From NCBI RefSeq assembly GCF_031769215.1, contig NW_026781866.1, positions 186,001-250,000 of the forward strand: 64,000 bases of DNA, given 5' to 3'. This document shows, piece after piece, positions 12,656 through 26,794 of this stretch. The notes beneath the pieces are model-generated. The model ran no database searches and was not told the DNA's origin. It worked only from the letters and a program-made list of their open reading frames with translations. The position numbers were made by a program, and so were the translations under genes. How positions within the stretch are numbered: position 1 is the first letter of the stretch; every line of letters starts with the position of its first letter. The DNA comes from Ylistrum balloti. Lineage: Eukaryota.

Positions 12656-13005
12656 ATATGATTTAAGTACGATATCATCTTTTATACAGAAATCAATCTG
12701 AGTAAATATCAGCAAAAATACACTCGAAAGTTTTGTTGTTGATCATCTCACATCTGTAAACGAATGTACAAAATACACATAAGTGCATATCATTTGAATA
12801 GAAGTTTAAGGAAGAATCAGGCGATTTTTTTCAATAATTTGATATTTAAACGGCAAATTATTCTTGGTGTCTACATATTTCCCTCAACAAAACAATGGTA
12901 TTACTTACAGTAGATTTTCTTTGGTTTATTCTTTCAACAGCAGCATGACCTCCGGATGTATGCGGATTAATGTATCTGTGTGTGCATGTGTTTTTGGCGT
13001 GGTAC

Positions 13006-13158
13006 ACGAAAAGACGAAACCCTACCAAAGCGAAATAATGAAATGACGCCAAACCTAGGTAAAAAGACGCCAAAGAGTAGAGTTAAAATGGCGTATTTTT
13101 ACATCAGCTAGGCGTCGTCTCGTTTATCCAATTTAGCTGGTTTTCGTCTTTTTTCGCC
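13006..13158. repeat. Imperfect fold-back (MITE-like) repeat; duplicate at ~21883-22035
   Basis: gaaaagacgaaa..gacgcc..taaaaa.acgcc is mirrored by ggcgt.ttttta..ggcgtc..tttcgtctttt. Confidence 0.5.
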
Positions 13159-14735
13159 TGTCGTCTTTCCACGGGCAGCGCAACTAATAGCCGAAATGTT
13201 TCAGCTACCATACCATGTTTATTCAAGGGGACAGAACGAGGAAACCTTTCCTCACAGGTGTGAACGGTTCTGCTTTTATGGAGGCAAAAAGTGTATAATT
13301 GTCAAGGGAGATATTATGGAAATTATCAAATTAGAAAAGATAGAAAATCAGACTTTTTTAATATCATCCGATCTTTTCCTAAAACGAATCCTAACAAGGA
13401 CAGTTTTCCATCTCTTGTGCATTTTCCGTTTCTGAATCCTGCATCCCCTGTCCTATGGTGTTTGCTGCTTATAACCTCGTGATGTTTGTTTTACATGTCA
13501 GAAACTGACAAACAGTGCAAGGATTTAAGAACTACTGGCTGTTTGGCATAAAACATCTGGTAGGTATGTCTTGAGATTACATTGTTTAGGAAATCTGTCA
13601 TTACTTACTTTCATTGGTGTCGTAGATGAAGAGAAGACACTTATCCTTTCATGATACGTTTTGTTCCCTCACTGTGCTAAGGAAGATGAAATCGACAAAA
13701 GCAAAATTTCATGTTTATATTTCAATTAAGACGGTTTGTATTCAATATTTGGAACAAATCCAAAGTCTGCAGTCTCTGGAACTTGTGCAAGTCTAATGGA
13801 TTACGTTAAAAATATAGTCCAATATATAAATCAGATGATGAAACAGTACTACTCCATATTACGATTATGCGACACACTAAGGTTTTAACAAAGTTTACCC
13901 CTTCGATCTTGAATATTGGTCAGGGTAATATCTTTTTGAAAACGTTAGCAGGATACCTTTAAGGAACCACCAAGTCGACTGTTTGACGTTTGGTCATTTG
14001 TTTGTAGCGAAGTTTTTTAAAGTTGATAACGGACTGACGACGGAACGTCAATAACAGTACACCTAGCATCAGCAGGACAATTCGTTTAGCCACCACTTCT
14101 TTCTGATCTAAATCATATTACGGAAGAGAAATATTGATAATTACGTGCCAGCTGAAATGCTAATACCTACTAACTCTAGGGCGGATACTTGTGAATAAGA
14201 AGAAAGCTGTTAAGAGAAATATTGATAATTACGTGCCAGCTGAAATGCTTATACCCACTAACTCTAGTTAATAACAATAAATCTTATTCATTTATTGCAA
14301 GACGATATCGATTTCATACATTCTGCTATTGCTTAATATTTTCCATTACAATTATTCACAAAGTTTTACATCGTGATAAATTTTATTCCTTGCTACCTAT
14401 CACACACTAGCATTCAAAATTAGGATCATAGCACTGTGTTCAAATAATTGTATAGTCTATGTCTTGTATTGTGTTACAATCTGTATTACTAAAATGTACA
14501 ATGATGTTGTATAAAAATATGAAAAGAACCTGACACCCGGCTAACCACCTGTATCTGTGGTAACATCTATGATATGAAGAATACTCCGACACTCCGAGTG
14601 AACACGCCTTCCTCAGACAGCGCCTCGCTTCACTTGATGCGCATAATACAAGGTTTCTTCACAAACAAACATTCAGATACCGAAAAGGTAAACAACAGCT
14701 GACCGACTCTACCAGTTGTAGGTTTTAATACAGAG

Positions 14736-14758
14736 ATGGCGGTATCTCGTTACTTAAG
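14736..14758 (+). CDS. Fucosyltransferase copy 2, first coding micro-exon
   Basis: Identical to 5944-5966; donor gtaagg. Confidence 0.75.
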
Positions 14759-16689
14759 GTAAGGCTTGCTTTTTTTTAAAATATGGCAATATATATCGGA
14801 GACGGATAATATATTCTAAGCAATAATGACAACCATTTAGGAGTTCTTGGGTCTAGAAACTTTATGTATTGATCTGACAGTATTTCATCATTAAGGTCGA
14901 CAACCCAACAGTACATTTCCAGTTTTTGTTGCAATCTAAATAAATATGACACTCGTCCAAGGATGTAGTATCAAAGGACTTTCACGGAAAATGACAGCCT
15001 CTTGGCTAATTAACTAGGATTAGTACATGAATGAAACTTGATATTGATTGTAATTAAATATTTCCAACGAGATTGATCTAATGTCATAAAGGACGCATCA
15101 CGTCCTGTTAAAATCCTGTTTAGAAAATTTGTTACATGAAGTGATGGAATCAGATTTCAGGTGTAGGTTTTAAAGGATGTAGTGACCACCAGCAAGTTAA
15201 AAGGGTGGTGTACTGGCAGGTTAGACATCATAACAGCAGATTCCTCTGTGTGTCTGATCAATTATCAACAGTCACTGTGTCCACCAATCTGCATTTATAC
15301 ACGTTCTATATATTATCCATTACTCATGAACGAAATGATTGTCGTAACATACTTTCCTGAAAACAAACTTCACATGTATAAATACGTACAAGTGGTGACG
15401 TTTTAATGCTAATGAAAGAATCAATCATTGATTTGGTTTTAATGATCTTACTGATATGACATTTCCTCATTATCGATTATTGCTGTCGACGTTTTACAAA
15501 CTGTCTTTACTCAAATCAATGTGCATATGTGCACGTTATATTAATTACCCATTCCTTTCATGAAAAAAATAGTAACATATTTACCTGTAAACTTACACGA
15601 CGTCACATGTTCATAGAGCTAATGACGTTCATTTATTTTGAATAATCGCAATGAAGTTAAGTTTTTCATTATCCAATATAATTGACCTCGTTTATTAACT
15701 GTCACTGTCTATATCAACGTGCATTTGTACACGTTCTATACATTACACAAAAAATAACAGTATTTGTCATTGATTTATTTTTAGTAATTTCAATGATATG
15801 GCATTTTTCCTATCGACTATTGCTTTCATTATTTTCCGTAATCTTTGATACATGGGCAGCTACGTTTCGGATGTGTATATATGTAAGATGGTGCTTGTAT
15901 ATAGTGCATGCTGATGTTTTTGGACAACTGATGATGTGTTTATCTTGAATGTAGCTAGTAGTAAATAAATGTGTGCATTCGCTACGGGCACTTGTGTAGC
16001 CGAGTACAATAGTTTTTGAGGGGTGAGTGCATTATATGGGATTTGTTTGTGTATGGTGGATTCTATTTGTGTTTGGGATTTAATTTAACAATACAGTTTG
16101 TAGTTTATAAACATGGTTGTATGTTGTGTAAATAGCAGGCCAAATTTACTAGCATTTCCCATCAAAAGCAAATTACTTCCCTGGGTTATATAAAATTTTC
16201 CATTTTAGTTTTAAAATTTTGTTTCATTTCATGTTTTTGTAACATGGTGACTCATGACACTTCCTAAGTATATTGGTAAAGTAATTGTACTACTAAACCC
16301 TGTCTACTTCCTAACTTAGTACTTTCAACACGTGGACCTCGTCTCTTGCAAACTGATTATGTTTGGACGCGGAAATATGCTTAGTATGCATATCGTAAGG
16401 CTTGTTAGATTTACTTATTGTATCAGCAACCAGTTTATTTGTGGTTTATAAAATCAATGCAATTTCTATCATGGTATTTCTTTATATCCATATAAAAGAT
16501 AAACCTCCTTTAAACTTGTGTAATGTAAATAAGTCGGATGAATATTCTGATACTCTACACGCAAATTCTATTTTAAAGAATACTTTATGCTATGTGTTAT
16601 TCCTTTGTCATAGCTACTCCATCTATCGTTCTGGGCCGTACCCAAACTTGAACTTTGTAAGTGTTATTGGCAGTTGGTCGACTGGTATG

Positions 16690-19590
16690 GCTATTGTATA
16701 TCTAATAACTTTTCAACATTCCGAGTCCTGGTAGTTTATCCGTTTCTAATTTATCAATTCTTAACCAAGTCTTTTTATCAATATTGCAATACAATGTTCA
16801 TAGCTTATTCCCTTAAATGGTCTTAAGTTTAAGTGAACTACAATATCAACTATCAAAATGATATTTTATCATTTACTGAAACTTGGTTATCACCTATTAC
16901 AGAAAAGTCAGGCAAACATTTTCTTTCTAAATTTCATGGCCAATTTGTAAAAAAAATCTCGGTCAGATAGGATTGATGGGGGTATTACCGTGTATATTAA
17001 TAAAAATATTACTACCATCCGCCGTTCGGAATTTGAAATAAATAATCTGGAATGCCTTTGGGTAGAACTGCGGCTTCACAATACCATTATTATGTTAGGT
17101 ACGTTTTATAGACCTCCAAACTCTGGAATTTTGCATTTAATTGATCTTTCTGTCGACGTGGTTGCTAAACCATAAATCGGATAGTATATTGATAACTGGT
17201 GACTTCAATGAAAATCAATTAGCTACTAACTCTCATCATATTATTGATTTAATGAATCCATATAATTTTATTCAATTTTTTTTGTTGACGAACCCACTCA
17301 TTTTACAGAGAACTCCTCGCGTTTTAGATATATTTATGACAAATAAGATAAGGGTTATTAAGGAAGTTGTTGTGGGGGAATCTTTTTTTACCTGCTGAGA
17401 CTAGATATTACTGTCCTATTTATATATTATTAGATGCTGGTGGTAATATTTTTAATATGAGTATTCAAAGGCATATATGGTTATATACAAACGGTGACTA
17501 TAACATTTTTATGGTATATTGAATATTGACTGGATTAGTCCATTTAAAAATTTACCAATTGATGAAATTGATATTTTTTTTTAATTCCACAAATTTAAAC
17601 ACTGCTAAAATATAAATTCCTAATAAAACCATAATATAAGGAATACTGAACGACTACAGATGCATATTGAGGCGAGAAAATTAATAATAGATCGACAAAA
17701 TTACATCGAAAATTTAGACGGGCAAGAAATAAATGCATTGTTGCCATTTGAAAAGCAAAAACGAATATATCCTTAAGTTAACTGGTAAGATAAAATTAAT
17801 GTCTCCATCGACACAAGACTGATTGAAGATGATTAATACTTTTACAAATGTTTCAAACAAAACATCTCATACTATGGTGATAAAATAAACAAAACGCAGA
17901 TCTTTTCAATAATTATTTTATTTGTCAGTCTACTATCGACGACTTTAATGTAACACTTCCACCTAATGTAACTACTCTCAATAATAAACTCGAAAATATT
18001 TATGTTGCTGAACCAGTTGTTGAAGATACAATAAATATGTTGGATATATCTAAAGTTTCAGGTTCAGATAATTTGAGTCCAAGAATTATTAAGGAATCAA
18101 AGACATGGTATGTTATTTCAATCCTTTCTAAATTGTTAATTAAATCTATTGACTGTGGTATATATTCTACAATATGGAAAGTCGCTAATGTTACCCCATT
18201 TAATTTCAGTAATAATTACCATAACTGCAGTATGAAAATTATGTTACCTACACCAATCTTTGTATCCCAAAAACAAAAGATTCAGAATTCCTGCCTTTTC
18301 TACGATCTATGAGCCATCACGGCAGAAATATAGAGTGATCTCCCTTCCTCTTTTCTTTATTGCTGCCGACGAGTGTGGACGGTTCTAAGCTGAGTGCTTT
18401 CACTTCCTTCTCGTTGTACTTCCATTTATTATTTGAGTATTATTGCTACTCATTTAGAAGTGTTTAACCCATCTCCCAATCTATTTTGTCGTTTTAAGAC
18501 TTGTCAAGCCCCCCCCCCCCCTTCCCCCTGCCTGTCGGCGAAATTCCAACCGGAAGAGGGGTTCTTCATCTTCTTCCGGTAGGCCTTGTAGGTCCTCGGC
18601 CTCCGGTTCTGCCGGGAATGCTCTCGTTCCTCCGAGCTAATCCCTCGAGCAGGGGAGAGCAGTCTGACCCTGACTCGGCGCAGTCCAGGGTCGAATTGAC
18701 CGGGAGCTTCCGTTTGCCGGCGGTTTTACCGTCGGGTAGGGACTTCCGGCCGCCGGTCACTGATTTGTTCTTTTGGCTCTGAAGTCCTTCCGGGGGATCC
18801 TGCAGTGCAGTGATTTGTGTGGCTACAGACACTTCTATAGTTGTCGCGTATCCAAACAGACAGCGGGGCGCCAGGTCTCACGTCCTGTGTGCTCTCGTCA
18901 TCCGCATTTTTCTTCTCTGCCAGGAGATGCAGTTGACCATCACGGTCAAGCACCTTCCTGGCAGGCTGAACGTGTTGTCGTACTGGGACGGGATGTATGC
19001 ATATGCATCCCCACTCCTTCAACCTGGTGGGCAGGGTGCTACAGAAGTTCACTGCATCACTGCTTCCTACAACTGAAAGCCCATCTGTGTCCGAGGCAAC
19101 CTTGATAGCTTTTGATAGGGTTTGGCACACAAAAAGAAAAATTCCGGCATTTCAGGCAAATATTTTGGTGCAAAAATCATTTAACTTACAGAGGTCAAAG
19201 GGATGTTATACATGGACTTTTTCTGAGACTTAAAATATCAAAGTACGTGTAACTCAAGGTTCAACATTAAATGCTCTCTTCTTTTTAGTATATATTGATG
19301 TCAAACCTAATTCCAAGTATAAGGTATCCATAGGCATATTACTAGAAATTCAAATCACTTTCTTTTAATTAATTACATGCCTCAGTTTTATGAAACATCA
19401 TTTTTAAATTCTTCAGTATATTTATGAAAATCGTTACCAATCAATATTCGCGAAAATCCGTCTGACAGGGAATTTAAAGGCTTTTTACATAAAGGCAATG
19501 TAATGATTCCTCAATATTTTAATATTGGAAGTAGAAACTTTTTACATACAAGATTGAGACTCAAATGTAGTAATCTTAACAACATTTATA
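16690..19590 (+). mobile_element. Duplicate of the CR1/L2 remnant with nested DIRS remnant (DIRS ~18308-19074)
   Basis: Copy of 7900-10800. Confidence 0.8.
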
Positions 19591-20231
19591 CTTAAAGAAT
19601 CTGGAGGAAAGTCCATTATGTTCATGCGTTTTAAATATGTTCATGCGGGTTAGTAGAAAGTATCCACTATTTTTCATTGTCTTTTGTTTCCCAAAACACT
19701 TTGCGCAGATGTCTTTTTGGTGTGTGTGTGTGTGTGCGTGCGTGTGTTCGTACATGCGTTCGTGTGTGTGTGTGTGTGTGTGTGTATGTGACAGATAGAG
19801 AGTCAGGTAGAGACAGACATACAGAGAGGTATTTCTTTGAAGCAGCTATGAGATTTTCATATGTAATTTCATATAAGGAGTCACCCAGGTCACAGTACAC
19901 TATAGTCTCTTTTACCAGACTGAATGCGTGTTTAAATTTAACTGTTCAGTTATCAACAACAAACTGATACATGTACATGTAGGCCTATGATTTACATGGT
20001 TAATATTAGGAGACCAAGAGGTATCGCACCGCTAGACCGTTGACTTTAGAATAACACCCATACCAAAACTCAGCATTATGTTAGTGTGACAAACGTCAAC
20101 CCCATGTAAAAACCGTATTAAACAGGTACAACATGCATGAGTTTAAGGAATATAACGGTACAATAAAAATTCCACAAGAAAAATAAAGTTCTGTTATATT
20201 TATTTGAGAATTCTTTTTTTCTTTCCGACAG

Positions 20232-21324
20232 GTCTCGATCAAAGTTGGTGATGACAGTATTTGTTCTGATAATCATCTTCATATTCATAAATCGATTCTA
20301 CCAAGATCGTCACGAAATTGGCGTAATGCAGCCAATGACAAAGGTCGTGATGCAGCCGAAACAAGAAATTTCACAACACCAAGAGAACATAGAAGTTCAT
20401 TATTATAATAAACCCCCGTCAGTTTCTCTACAGGCATTCAGTAGGTGTCCGGATCGCTGTAGCATGACTTCCGGCGAGAAGGAGTATATCAATAAGAAAA
20501 TAGTAATTTTTCATGGACCAGATTTGCGTGGAAAACCACCAATGAAATATCGAGGACAACTTTGGATCATGCAATCTATGGAGCCACCAACAATTTATGC
20601 AGACTATTTAAAGCAATGGCATCGAGTATTTAATTGGACTCTCGTACACAGAAGAGATTCAGATATATTCTCACCCTACGGATCGTTCGCACCAAACCGT
20701 TCAGTTCCTGTCAATGATATCCAACCAATTGCCTGGACTAAAAAAGATAAGACAGCAGCTTGGTTTGTATCCAACTGTAAAGCACAAAGCAGAAGACTAG
20801 AGTACGTCCAATACCTACAACGGTACGTCGACATTCATATTTATGGGAAATGTGGCAATATGAGTTGTCCCCGTTCTATGCACAACAACTGTCTGACTAA
20901 ACTACAGGATCAGTACAAATTTTATTTGGCTTTTGAAAACAGTCTGTGCGCAGATTACATTACGGAGAAAACAACTCGACTTTTCCAAGAAGGCCTTGAC
21001 GTCATACCGATCGTCAGGGGAACAGGTGAATTGTACAGGATGCACCTTCCTCCGAACTCTTTTATCAATGCACATGACTTTACCGTTAAAGAATTGGCAC
21101 AAAAAATGAAATCCATCTCCAATAACAAAGCCGAATTCATGAAATATTTTTCCTGGAGAAAAAATTACTACGCTGAAGAAATAGATTTGTTCTATTGCGA
21201 TCTTTGTAAGAAATTACACAACGCTGACAAATACAAGCGTTTGTATGAATCGGTCTCACATTGGATTAATGACCATCCAGACCATAGGAATTGCCAGGAA
21301 CCCACAGATGTACATGACAGTTGA
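20232..21324 (+). CDS. Alpha-1,3-fucosyltransferase-like (GT10), copy 2, main exon
   Basis: Same protein as copy 1 except HEISV to HEIGV (agc to ggc); intact acceptor. Confidence 0.95.
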
Positions 21325-23245
21325 AATATAAAGTGAACCATATTGAAGTATACAGCATCGCGCGGGTTGCCTTCCGCCCCAAGAGAATGTTTTACTATAT
21401 ATTATTCAGCAGTATTTAAGCAAAAAACACATTATTATCATTGCAATCTTTACGGCCCGTCAACACAGAAAAGGTCAATTATCATCATCAACCGGTGAAA
21501 GGCTCAACGATCTGAAAGGAAATAACATGCAGATATGATTTAAGTACGATATCATCTTTTATACAGAAATCAATCTGAGTAAATATCAGCAAAAATACAC
21601 TCGAAAGTTTTGTTGTTGATCATCTCACATCTGTAAACGAATGTACAAAATACACATAAGTGCATATCATTTGAATAGAAGTTTAAGGAAGAATCAGGCG
21701 ATTTTTTTCAATAATTTGATATTTAAATGGCAAATTATTCTTGGTGTCTACATATTTCCCTCAACAAAACAATGGTATTACTTACAGTAGGTTTTCTTTG
21801 GTTTATTCTTTCAACAGCAGCATGACCTCCGGATGTATGCGGATTAATGTATCTGTGTGTGCATGTGTTTTTGGCGTGGTACACGAAAAGACGAAACCCC
21901 ACCAAAGCGAAATAATGAAATGACGCCAAACCTAGGTAAAAAGACGCCAAAGAGTAGAGTTAAAATGGCGTATTTTTACATCAGCTAGGCGTCGTCTCGT
22001 TTATCCAATTTAGCTGGTTTTCGTCTTTTTTCGCCTGTCGTCTTTCCACGGGCAGCGCAACTAATAGCCGAAATGTTTCAGCTACCATACCATGTTTATT
22101 CAAGGGGACAGAACGAGGAAACCTTTCCTCACAGGTGTGAACGGTTCTGCTTTTATGGAGGCAAAAAGTGTATAATTTTCAAGGGAGATATTATGGAAAT
22201 TATCAAATTAGAAAAGAAAGAAAATCAGACTTTTTTAATATCATCCGATCTTTTCCTAAAACGAATCCTAACAAGGACAGTTTTCCATCTATTGTGCATT
22301 TTCCATTTCTGAATCCTGCATCCCCTGTCCTATGGTGTTTGCTGCTTATAACCTCGTGATGTTTGTTTTACATGTCAGAAACTGACAAACAGTGCAAGGA
22401 TTTAAGAACTACTGGCTGTTTGGCATAAAACATCTGGTAGGTATGTCTTGAGATTACATTGTTTAGGAAATCTGTCATTACTTACTTTCATTGGTGTCGT
22501 AGATGAAGAGAAGACACTTATCCTTTCATGATACGTTTTGTTCCCTCACTGTGCTAAGGAAGATGATTCGAGATATACTACCTTACTATCAATGACTTAT
22601 TGCAAATAACAATAACAAAAACCAGACAGTGCATTTTCCTATGACATTAAAAATAGAGCAGGTCATACTAATAAAGACGGATATTTCCCTTTTAATTAAA
22701 AATGAAACGGTAAAACTATTGTTATCTGCACGAATTAACCACTACAGCCTTTTATGGTGAAATGTGTATTTTAATGATACTGTTTGTAGTCTTTGTTTTT
22801 AAGATTCCTAAACACGGTCAGTAAGTATCATTTCATCAGACACGCTGCTCACAATTACTAGTGTCACTGATATTATAAACAACATGGTCGAATGTAGTCA
22901 TTCCTTTTCCAAACGACTCTGAAATTCACAACATTTCCTAGATATTTTAATGCCTAACAAGTGCGTGAAGTTTTGAAGACAATCCTTATAAAGTCACTAG
23001 AGCATGGGTGAATTGTTAAAAATACTGAACCCCCCCCCCCCATCGAAGCCAAGAGTTTTTCAACATGATGTAAGTAATTTTGATTGTTTTTTGTAATCTT
23101 TTCTTTGATTTTCGAAACAGTTTTTAATAGACTGCTTTCATAGTACTTTCCACAGTGTTTTTTTAGTTAAAAAAACTTGTCACTTTTTTTTGTTCCTTTT
23201 CTTTTCCGACCTCATCACAAGCTGTCAGTTTTTTTTTTCAGTTTG

Positions 23246-23773
23246 TCAGCCTTTCTCTTTCTGATTTCTAGTATTGCAGTTTTCACTTTTTCTTCCTGCT
23301 TGATTCTTTTCTATTCTTTTTTCTGTTTTAAAAAAGTAATTGTAGAAAGTGTAAGCGTTGATACACGATCTCTTCATTTTTTCGCTCACTGGTAAAGATA
23401 ATGCAGTGTGGTTTCTCCGTTTCAGTCCAGTCTTTACAATGGCTACTGCTTCATAATTTTCAACAGTCATTCTACTACGGTCTTTCCCTACAATATCATC
23501 CATAATATTACATGTAGCTTCTATTAAGGGGCCACTGAAAACACTGAGCAAAGCACACACAAGTTTTCTCATAACTGCATAGCGCAATCCATCTCTTGAT
23601 TTCAATTGAAAGATTTTAGACCAAAAGTCAACATCAATCCTTTTCTCTGTTTCTGGTTTATTATCATATTCGTGAGAAAGTGTCAAAACATCCGAGTCCA
23701 CCTGGTACCTTATCACTTCTGTTGACAAGGCTCCTGTTTCTTCCTCCGAGACCACATTTGGCAACACCGTGTG
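23246..23773 (-). mobile_element. hAT-like transposase C-terminal remnant
   Basis: DFWSKIF..RYAVMRKLVCALLSVFSGPLIEA..NIMDDIV..DRSRMTVENYEA resembles the hAT dimerisation region. Confidence 0.7.
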
Positions 23774-25030
23774 TGTTACATAATCACAAACAATTCCAAA
23801 TGACGACTCACTCACATGTTTATTCATGATCACGTAGATGCTTAACAATACAAGGAAAACAAACGTTCAGCTGACTAAGACTACATAACATCCTTCCCTT
23901 CATATAAAATTGAAAATACAGATATTTATGTATTACGACTTTTCTGTATGAATGTAGATTATTGTATGTATAATGCAATTATGGTATTACTTAAAATTAT
24001 CACCATTATCGTTATTATATTAAAACACTTGTGATCAATCATTGGCTGAGTTTCAACTTTTTATATTAACAAACAAACCCTAGTAATAACTCATGCATGT
24101 TATTACGTGAAGTTAAATCAAAATCATAGTAAAAACTCTTCTAGTAAATTTATGACTACACAGTTATTTGACTAGAAATCAAATCTCTATAAATGTATTT
24201 ACCATATAATCAATTTGACTAGAAATCATATAGCAATATACTTCATATCAGGATTGTCTTTCATTTTGACAGTCATTATTCAAAATTAAACACATTAACT
24301 ATTTTCATTTAACACTGTTCCACAAAATGTTTCTATATACAGTTTCTGAAGCACAATTCACATTTACATGTCTGGTCTCTTTGGAGGTTTCACAGTTCTA
24401 CCAGATTTGGTAACCAGTGGTGTCGGATTGGTCACCACAGTCTTATCGCGATTGGGTGGAACCACATGTGGTTCCACTTCCGGTCTTTCATTTTCACTAA
24501 GACACATTTCGTGGGGTGGCGGTAACTGGATCAAAGGTTCGTCACAAGCAAACTGTTGCTCATTACCGTTGAATTTTGCGCGAGTTGGTCTGAGATGTCT
24601 GCGGTTCCTCCGGTATGTCTTACCGTTGGGGGTAACCACAATGTATGATCTCGGATTCGCGTGTAGATTCTGAATTTGACCTGGAACCCACTTGGAATCT
24701 GTCTCCATGAGAACGGATTGTCCGCGACGAAGAGGTTCCAACTCAGAACCTGCCGTGCGATCGTAGTAATGTTTAGCACGAGCTTGTCTATTGCGTAATC
24801 GATACTTCAGTTCTTTCGAATTGGATCAGATGGTTGTAACAACGGTGCCGTAACTGGTACGCTTGTTTTCAGCCGTCGCTGTAGAAACATCTGAGCTGGG
24901 AATTCTCCCAAATCATCCATGACGGTATTACGATAGTCTAATAGCGCCCTGTATGGGTCACTGGCTTTCTTTAACAAGTTTTTTACCGTCTGAACTGTTC
25001 GTTCGGCTTGTCCATTTGCCTGGGGGAATC
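23774..25030 (-). mobile_element. 3' part of a second Ty3/Gypsy element: integrase end, PPT and 117-bp LTR (23774-23890)
   Basis: PQANGQAERTVQTVKNLLKKA.DPYRALLDYRNT and NPRSYIV..YRRNRRHL..VTKSGRTVKPP. PPT AAGGGAAGGA (23891-23900) is followed by TGTTA...AATAAA...TAACA. Confidence 0.85.
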
Positions 25031-25173
25031 ACACGTAAGCTAGAGTACCATAAGCGTTCAAAGAATAACATTTTGACCAACCAACCCTCCGACTTTCACG
25101 TAGGGGATTAAGACGTGATGATATCTGGGTAAAAATCTGCACGTACCACATTATGTGAAAATGTTCAGAAAAC

Positions 25174-25420
25174 TATTATTATTTATGACATTCTTAATGG
25201 CCCTTCAGCACAGAAAATGTCATTAGGGCCATCAACCGGTGAAAAACACAGCGATTCTAAAGGAAATAACGATAAAAAAAATTATCGGGAAGACAGGTCT
25301 ATGCATTTCAATAAAAATGTTTAACGGTGAATAGCTTATTACATGCTCTGGACTGATCTTTATAAAAGTATACCTTTCTGTGGTAATATATGGATAACAA
25401 TATACGCATGTCCTATGCAA
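25174..25420 (-). mobile_element. I-clade LINE 3' fragment
   Basis: Same 3' UTR block and TAA tail as at 39860 and 42675. Confidence 0.7.
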
Positions 25421-26794
25421 AACAAATATTCAGAATTAATTGAAATATATATCCCAACAAGATAAAAATGTTGAAAAAGGTAAGGCCAATAACCCCTTTA
25501 AAATATCAAGATGACAATATAATTAAGGTTTAAGGCAATTTCCTGTAATGGCGAGTGAGCCTACACAGTTTGAAGGAAACAGGTTGAAAACTAAGAGAAA
25601 TCTCAAGACAAGAAAAACATATTGAAATAACAAGGAACAGTAAATCTTCCCAGGACAAGGGGAAGTTACTCCTCCAAATACAGTCAAATGAAAACAGGAA
25701 AACATTTCATGCCATGTTGTTTCAGCTTAGCAAGTTTGAAAAATATCAATTGAAAATTATGGGAGATGTCCGGATGACTAAATGTTTGACTGACTGACGG
25801 ATGGATTCTAAAAGCCCCGCTATAATACATTCCGTCAATGTTTTAATAGCTTGCTTCTGCGTCGCCGAGTTGATCGCTCAGCATGGTGCGGGAGACATCT
25901 TACAAAAATAACCTATTTAAGTTACAGCAATTGCGAGACAAGTTATCAGCTTGTATTGATCACTTTTGTTGGCCCGAATCGAAGCGCGAAAGGTTTCTTA
26001 CTTACGAAAATCGAAGTACCAGGAGTAGCTAAATGTTCGAACAAATGAGCCTTTACTTTTATATGTCAGCTAAGGAAATCAAACTCCGGACTTCTAGTTG
26101 AAAAACAATAGCATTACCACTGATCTACCAGACGTTTTCTAAACCCCTCGGAATTTGCGTGCTATGATGTGATGCTATGCATGTGATTTCGTAAAGCGTT
26201 TAGGATAGTGGATATTTGGGCGCACATTCCCGTCGTACATTGTCCAGTCAACACTTTATATCAGCAGCTGTCATGTTTTATCCACACACTGCACCATGTT
26301 TTATCGTTAGATATGGAAACACATGTTTCAAGACTCATCACTGAAATGCACACTTGTATCGTCAGCTGTCAACAGCATTTGATACGAGTCACATATCAAA
26401 TAATTGTTTGCGAAGCAATCACACTCACAAAACAGGACTTGGCTCGTGTTGTGAGATTTGACTATATTCTTTGCGTTTTTCTATGGTTTGCTTACAACAA
26501 GAGGTCCCTGATAGCGTCGAGGCAGTCTATAAGGTATCAGAATTATCAGCTGCACACAACAGCTCCTCATATAATACACACACATTTAGTACGTTTTATA
26601 CATACCTAAGGACTAGTTTTTGATTATGTATCAATATGTTATATTAAATTATATCAAGTATACAAATGGTAAAGCACTTTTTATTTTTCACTTATTTTCC
26701 ACATCAACTTTTAGAGTCTATCTATTATCTTCACACGTTTAACACGTTTTTCAGCAAATGTTTATGAACCTCATCTAGGCAACAATAGCAACAT

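Larger units (their letters stand above)
4893..13685 (+). repeat. Tandem segmental duplication, unit 1 (8793 bp)
   Basis: Near-identical to 13686-22562, with paired ORFs in the track. Left edge reads accat-ATGA-aatcgac. Confidence 0.97.
13686..22566 (+). repeat. Tandem segmental duplication, unit 2 (8877 bp plus shared ATGA)
   Basis: Junction ggaag-ATGA-aatcgac and right edge ggaag-ATGA-ttcgag. It carries a 90-bp block absent from unit 1. Confidence 0.97.

Noticed and set aside
24368-24673. 101-aa plus-strand ORF
   Set aside because: Antisense of the Gypsy integrase C-terminus.
26200-26600. Minus-strand segment resembling a SWIM-like zinc finger (GQCTTGMCAQISTIL)
   Set aside because: Key Cys/His residues are missing and stops are frequent; possibly an old transposon but not supportable.
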